In this document: positions 61,505-64,000 of the stretch, one piece after another
Position numbering within the stretch: position 1 is the stretch's first letter
Layout of the letters: every line of letters begins with the position of its first letter
NCBI GenBank assembly: GCA_964249855.1
Contig: CAXUDL010000027.1
Location: 2,953 to 66,952 of the forward strand
From: an uncultured Rhizobacter sp.
GTDB taxonomy: Bacteria; Pseudomonadota; Gammaproteobacteria; Burkholderiales; Burkholderiaceae_C
DNA length: 64,000 nt
Direction: 5' to 3'
Translations under genes and position numbers: made by a program
The notes under the pieces: generated by a model
Told to the model about the DNA's origin: nothing
Databases searched by the model: none
Seen by the model: the letters and a program-made list of their open reading frames with translations, nothing else

Positions 61505-62299
61505 TCAGACGCGGTCCGGCGACTCGCCCGCCGCGGCGGCCGTGGCCTTGCGCAGGACGAAGCTGAACGCCGGCGCGTCGTCGCCCGGTTGCGCCGGATC
61601 GGCGGGCACGAGCAGCGCGCTGCCGTCGTGCGCCGAGCCGTCGGCGTGTTGGAAGCGGCCCTCCTCGAGCAGCCAGCCGTCGCGTCGCGCAGCGGCGAGC
61701 CGGGCGGCCACGCTGTCGTCGGGCGCCGCGCCGGCCGGGCCGAAGATCGCGATGCTGCGGCCGAGCGTGTCCGCGGCGGCGAAGCCGGTGACGTCGGCGA
61801 CGCCGGCATTCCAGCTGCGCACGCGGCCGGCGCGGTCGAGCGACATCAGCGCGTAGTCGCCGCGCCCGGAGACGAAGCTCGCGATCCAGTCGCGGCTCTG
61901 GCGCAGCGCAGCCTCGCGGCGCACGGCGAGCGTGACGTCGTCGATCACCGCCATCAGCCGCGTCGCGTCGAGCTTGAGGAGCGTCAGCGAGAGCGTCTGC
62001 ACGCGCGCGTCGCGGCCCTCGGTCGAGACCTGCAGCGTCAGGTTGTCGCAGACCCTGCCGTGCGGCAGCGCGTAGGCGTCCGCCTGCAGGCGCAGATCCG
62101 GTGCGACCGGCAGCAGCGCGTCGAACAGGTTGACCAGCCCCGAATCGCCCGCGAGCGGCAGCAGCAGCTGCGCAGCCATCGGGTTGAGCAGCAGGATCTC
62201 GCCGTCGCTCGCCGCCTGGACGAGGCCGATCGGCGCGAGGTAGAGGAATTGCGTCAGCGACTCGAGTTCGTGCTCTGCCGTGCCGGGCTGGAGGTCCAT
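61505..62299 (-). CDS. output-less PAS-PAS sensor protein
   Basis: The N-terminal domain is a paralog of the N-terminus of the GGDEF/EAL protein. The second PAS is YALMSLDRAGRVRSWNAGVADVTGFAAADTLGRSI. 4-nt gap to the next gene. Confidence 0.75.
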   Translation of the reverse strand: MDLQPGTAEHELESLTQFLYLAPIGLVQAASDGEILLLNPMAAQLLLPLAGDSGLVNLFDALLPVAPDLRLQADAYALPHGRVCDNLTLQVSTEGRDARVQTLSLTLLKLDATRLMAVIDDVTLAVRREAALRQSRDWIASFVSGRGDYALMSLDRAGRVRSWNAGVADVTGFAAADTLGRSIAIFGPAGAAPDDSVAARLAAARRDGWLLEEGRFQHADGSAHDGSALLVPADPAQPGDDAPAFSFVLRKATAAAAGESPDRV

Positions 62300-62306
62300 G
62301 CCGGAC

Positions 62307-62699
62307 TCAGACCCGCCGCAGGACGAGCACGAAGCGCGTCGCGCCGCCGGGTGCGGCGAGCAGCCGCAGCTTCACCTTGACGGGACGCATCCGCAACGTC
62401 AGCACGTAGTCGATCGTCGCGTCGAGCGGCGCGGCGTCGACGGCAGCGTCCTCGAAGCGCTGGGCGACGAGGAAGTTGTTCATGCAAGGCGCGACGGTCG
62501 TGAACAGCGGATGGCCGACCACACGTTCGGTCGACAGGCCGGCGCACTGCGATTCGTAGCGGTTGTAGCGGCAGACGAGGCCGTCGGCGTCGAAGCCGAT
62601 CACGCCGAAGTCGAGCGCATCGAGCTCTTCGTCGGTGGCGCGGGCGAGCGCGGGCAGCAGGTCGGCGTCGGTGAAGGCGAGGGACAGCAATGGAGTCAT
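62307..62699 (-). CDS. pyp: photoactive yellow protein (PYP) homolog
   Basis: 130 aa alignable end to end with Halorhodospira halophila PYP (from memory): [24 protein letters not shown] / [33 protein letters not shown] / KDVAPCTDS (chromophore Cys); [11 protein letters not shown]...RFVLVLRRV / MTPTKVKVHMK...YWVFVKRV. Confidence 0.9.
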   Translation of the reverse strand: [130 protein letters not shown]

Positions 62700-62866
62700 G
62701 ACAGCTTTCTCGGCGGCCGCCGGCGAGGCGGGCGGCGCCAGAAGTCGATGGGGGCGGCAGGTGCGTGCAAGGCTATCGGCGCGCCGCGCGGCGACTTGAA
62801 GCCCGCGTGCACATGCCGGCGCGTCGGCCGCCCGGCCGCGGCTGCGGCTCGCTCACGGCGAGCCGG

Positions 62867-64000
62867 TCAGCCGGCGACCGTTCCCTGGCCGAAGCGGACG
62901 CGGCAGCCGCCGTCGGCATCGAGGTCGGTCTGCCACACCAGCACGGCGCGCCCATCGACCGACGGCAGCAGCGACGTGCTGTAGTTCCAGCACCAGTTCG
63001 ACACGGTCGGCGCATCGGCGAGCCCGACGGGCATCGCGACGCGCGTCCATGCACCCGCGCCTTCGCGCCTGTCGTTGACGAGCATCGTCCGCCCGCTGGC
63101 CGCCACGTCGGTCACGCCCGACGCCGACGTGAACAGCTGCCCGGCCAGCACCAGGCGGCCGTCGGCGCTTCCGGGGAACGGCGTCCAGACGAGCGTCGGC
63201 GTGTGGCGGAAGAAGCTGCCGTCTGCCGTCTCGGGACGCGTGCCCATGTCGCCAGCCGGTCCCCACGCGAGCCCGTCGTCCGACATCTTGACGTGGGCGG
63301 CGCAATCGAGCCGAGCGGTGCTGCACGTCTCGAAGCTCATCGCATACCGCCCGCTCGGCAGCTTCGCCACGTTGGCCATGCCGGGGCGGTCCGCTTGATC
63401 GGCGCCCGCGACGATGGTGACCGGCGCCGTCCACTGCACGCCGTCGAGCGTCTTCGTCAGCCTGAGCACCTGCGAAGCCCCGTGAACGGTCTCGTCCGAA
63501 TAGATGCAGGCGAGCGCGCCGTCGCCGGCGACGAAGAACACCGGCTCCCAGACGCCCGTGCCGGCCTCGCCGGGCACGCGCGGCAGTGCGGACGCGCCGC
63601 AGAGCGCCTGGCCCAGCCGCTGGAACGACCGCCCCGCGTCGCTGCTCACGTAGATGCGGTTCTGCATGAAGGTGCCGGCCGAGTCGTGGCCGACCGACAC
63701 CGCGACCACCAGCATGCCGGTCGCGAGGACGCCGACCGGCTGCGGCAGCTCGTACACCGAGCCGCAGCACACGCCCTTGTCGAAGTCGGGATCGTCGATC
63801 GAGCCGCGGCGCGAGAAGGTCGCGCCCTGGTCGTCGCTGACGTGGACTCCGGGCTTCCAACGACCGTCGACTCTTTCGGTCACGGTGCCGAGGACGAGTC
63901 CGTTCTGCGTCCGGTCGGCCTGATGCGCCAGCCGCACGAGACGGGGGTAGGTGCCCCAGTCGGACTGCAACAGCGCGCCGACGACGGTGGCCGGCGCGAC
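62867..64000 (-). CDS. BNR/Asp-box repeat protein of the sialidase (beta-propeller glycosidase) fold; N-terminus probably beyond the window
   Basis: Three Asp-boxes read in the translation: SDDQGATF, SSDAGRSF, SDDGLAWG. The frame is still open at base 64000; the track start at 63970 is a TTG. Confidence 0.65.
   Translation of the reverse strand, partial: VAPATVVGALLQSDWGTYPRLVRLAHQADRTQNGLVLGTVTERVDGRWKPGVHVSDDQGATFSRRGSIDDPDFDKGVCCGSVYELPQPVGVLATGMLVVAVSVGHDSAGTFMQNRIYVSSDAGRSFQRLGQALCGASALPRVPGEAGTGVWEPVFFVAGDGALACIYSDETVHGASQVLRLTKTLDGVQWTAPVTIVAGADQADRPGMANVAKLPSGRYAMSFETCSTARLDCAAHVKMSDDGLAWGPAGDMGTRPETADGSFFRHTPTLVWTPFPGSADGRLVLAGQLFTSASGVTDVAASGRTMLVNDRREGAGAWTRVAMPVGLADAPTVSNWCWNYSTSLLPSVDGRAVLVWQTDLDADGGCRVRFGQGTVAG

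Overview
High-GC (about 70% by eye) chromosomal segment whose gene content and order look betaproteobacterial (Burkholderiales-like); I cannot name the species from sequence alone. No rRNA, tRNA or CRISPR array was seen.

Three parts:
(1) 1-29.9 kb is a conserved housekeeping backbone, almost all on the minus strand. It runs sppA, Rieske protein, HAD phosphatase, rluC, then rne (plus strand), then nagZ-acpS-pdxJ-recO-era-rnc-DUF4845-lepB-lepA. This is followed by mucD-rseB-rseA-rpoE and the fatty-acid cluster fabF-acpP-fabG-fabD-fabH-plsX-rpmF-yceD, then maf, an RsmI-like methylase and rhlE.
(2) 30.1-58.1 kb is a roughly 28-kb surface-polysaccharide island made of two convergent modules. Module A (plus strand, visibly lower GC) holds a CDP-hexose pathway with a sugar C-methyltransferase, Wzy, Wzx, glycosyltransferases and a WecA-like initiator. 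Module B (minus strand, genome-like GC) holds a WbpM/PglF-like dehydratase, a PglC-like initiator, a DegT aminotransferase, a second Wzx, glycosyltransferases, methyltransferases and an acetyltransferase. The modules are separated by a decayed junction (IS66 remnant plus a DUF4143-ATPase pseudogene). Module B is interrupted by a vapBC toxin-antitoxin pair and a Uma2 endonuclease gene.
(3) 58.2-64 kb holds lysS, then a minus-strand operon: a clear photoactive yellow protein (PYP) homolog, a PAS-PAS protein and a degenerate-GGDEF/EAL protein. A BNR/Asp-box (sialidase-fold) gene follows at the window edge.

The most interesting candidates:
- The PYP-headed putative light to c-di-GMP module, including an N-terminal domain duplicated in both downstream proteins.
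- The predicted CDP-6-deoxy-3-C-methyl-hexose pathway in a methyltransferase-rich glycan island.
- The toxin-antitoxin and nuclease cargo translationally coupled into a glycan operon.

The ORF track translates alternative start codons as M, and it contains many long Arg/Ala/Pro-rich antisense ORFs that I treat as GC artefacts.
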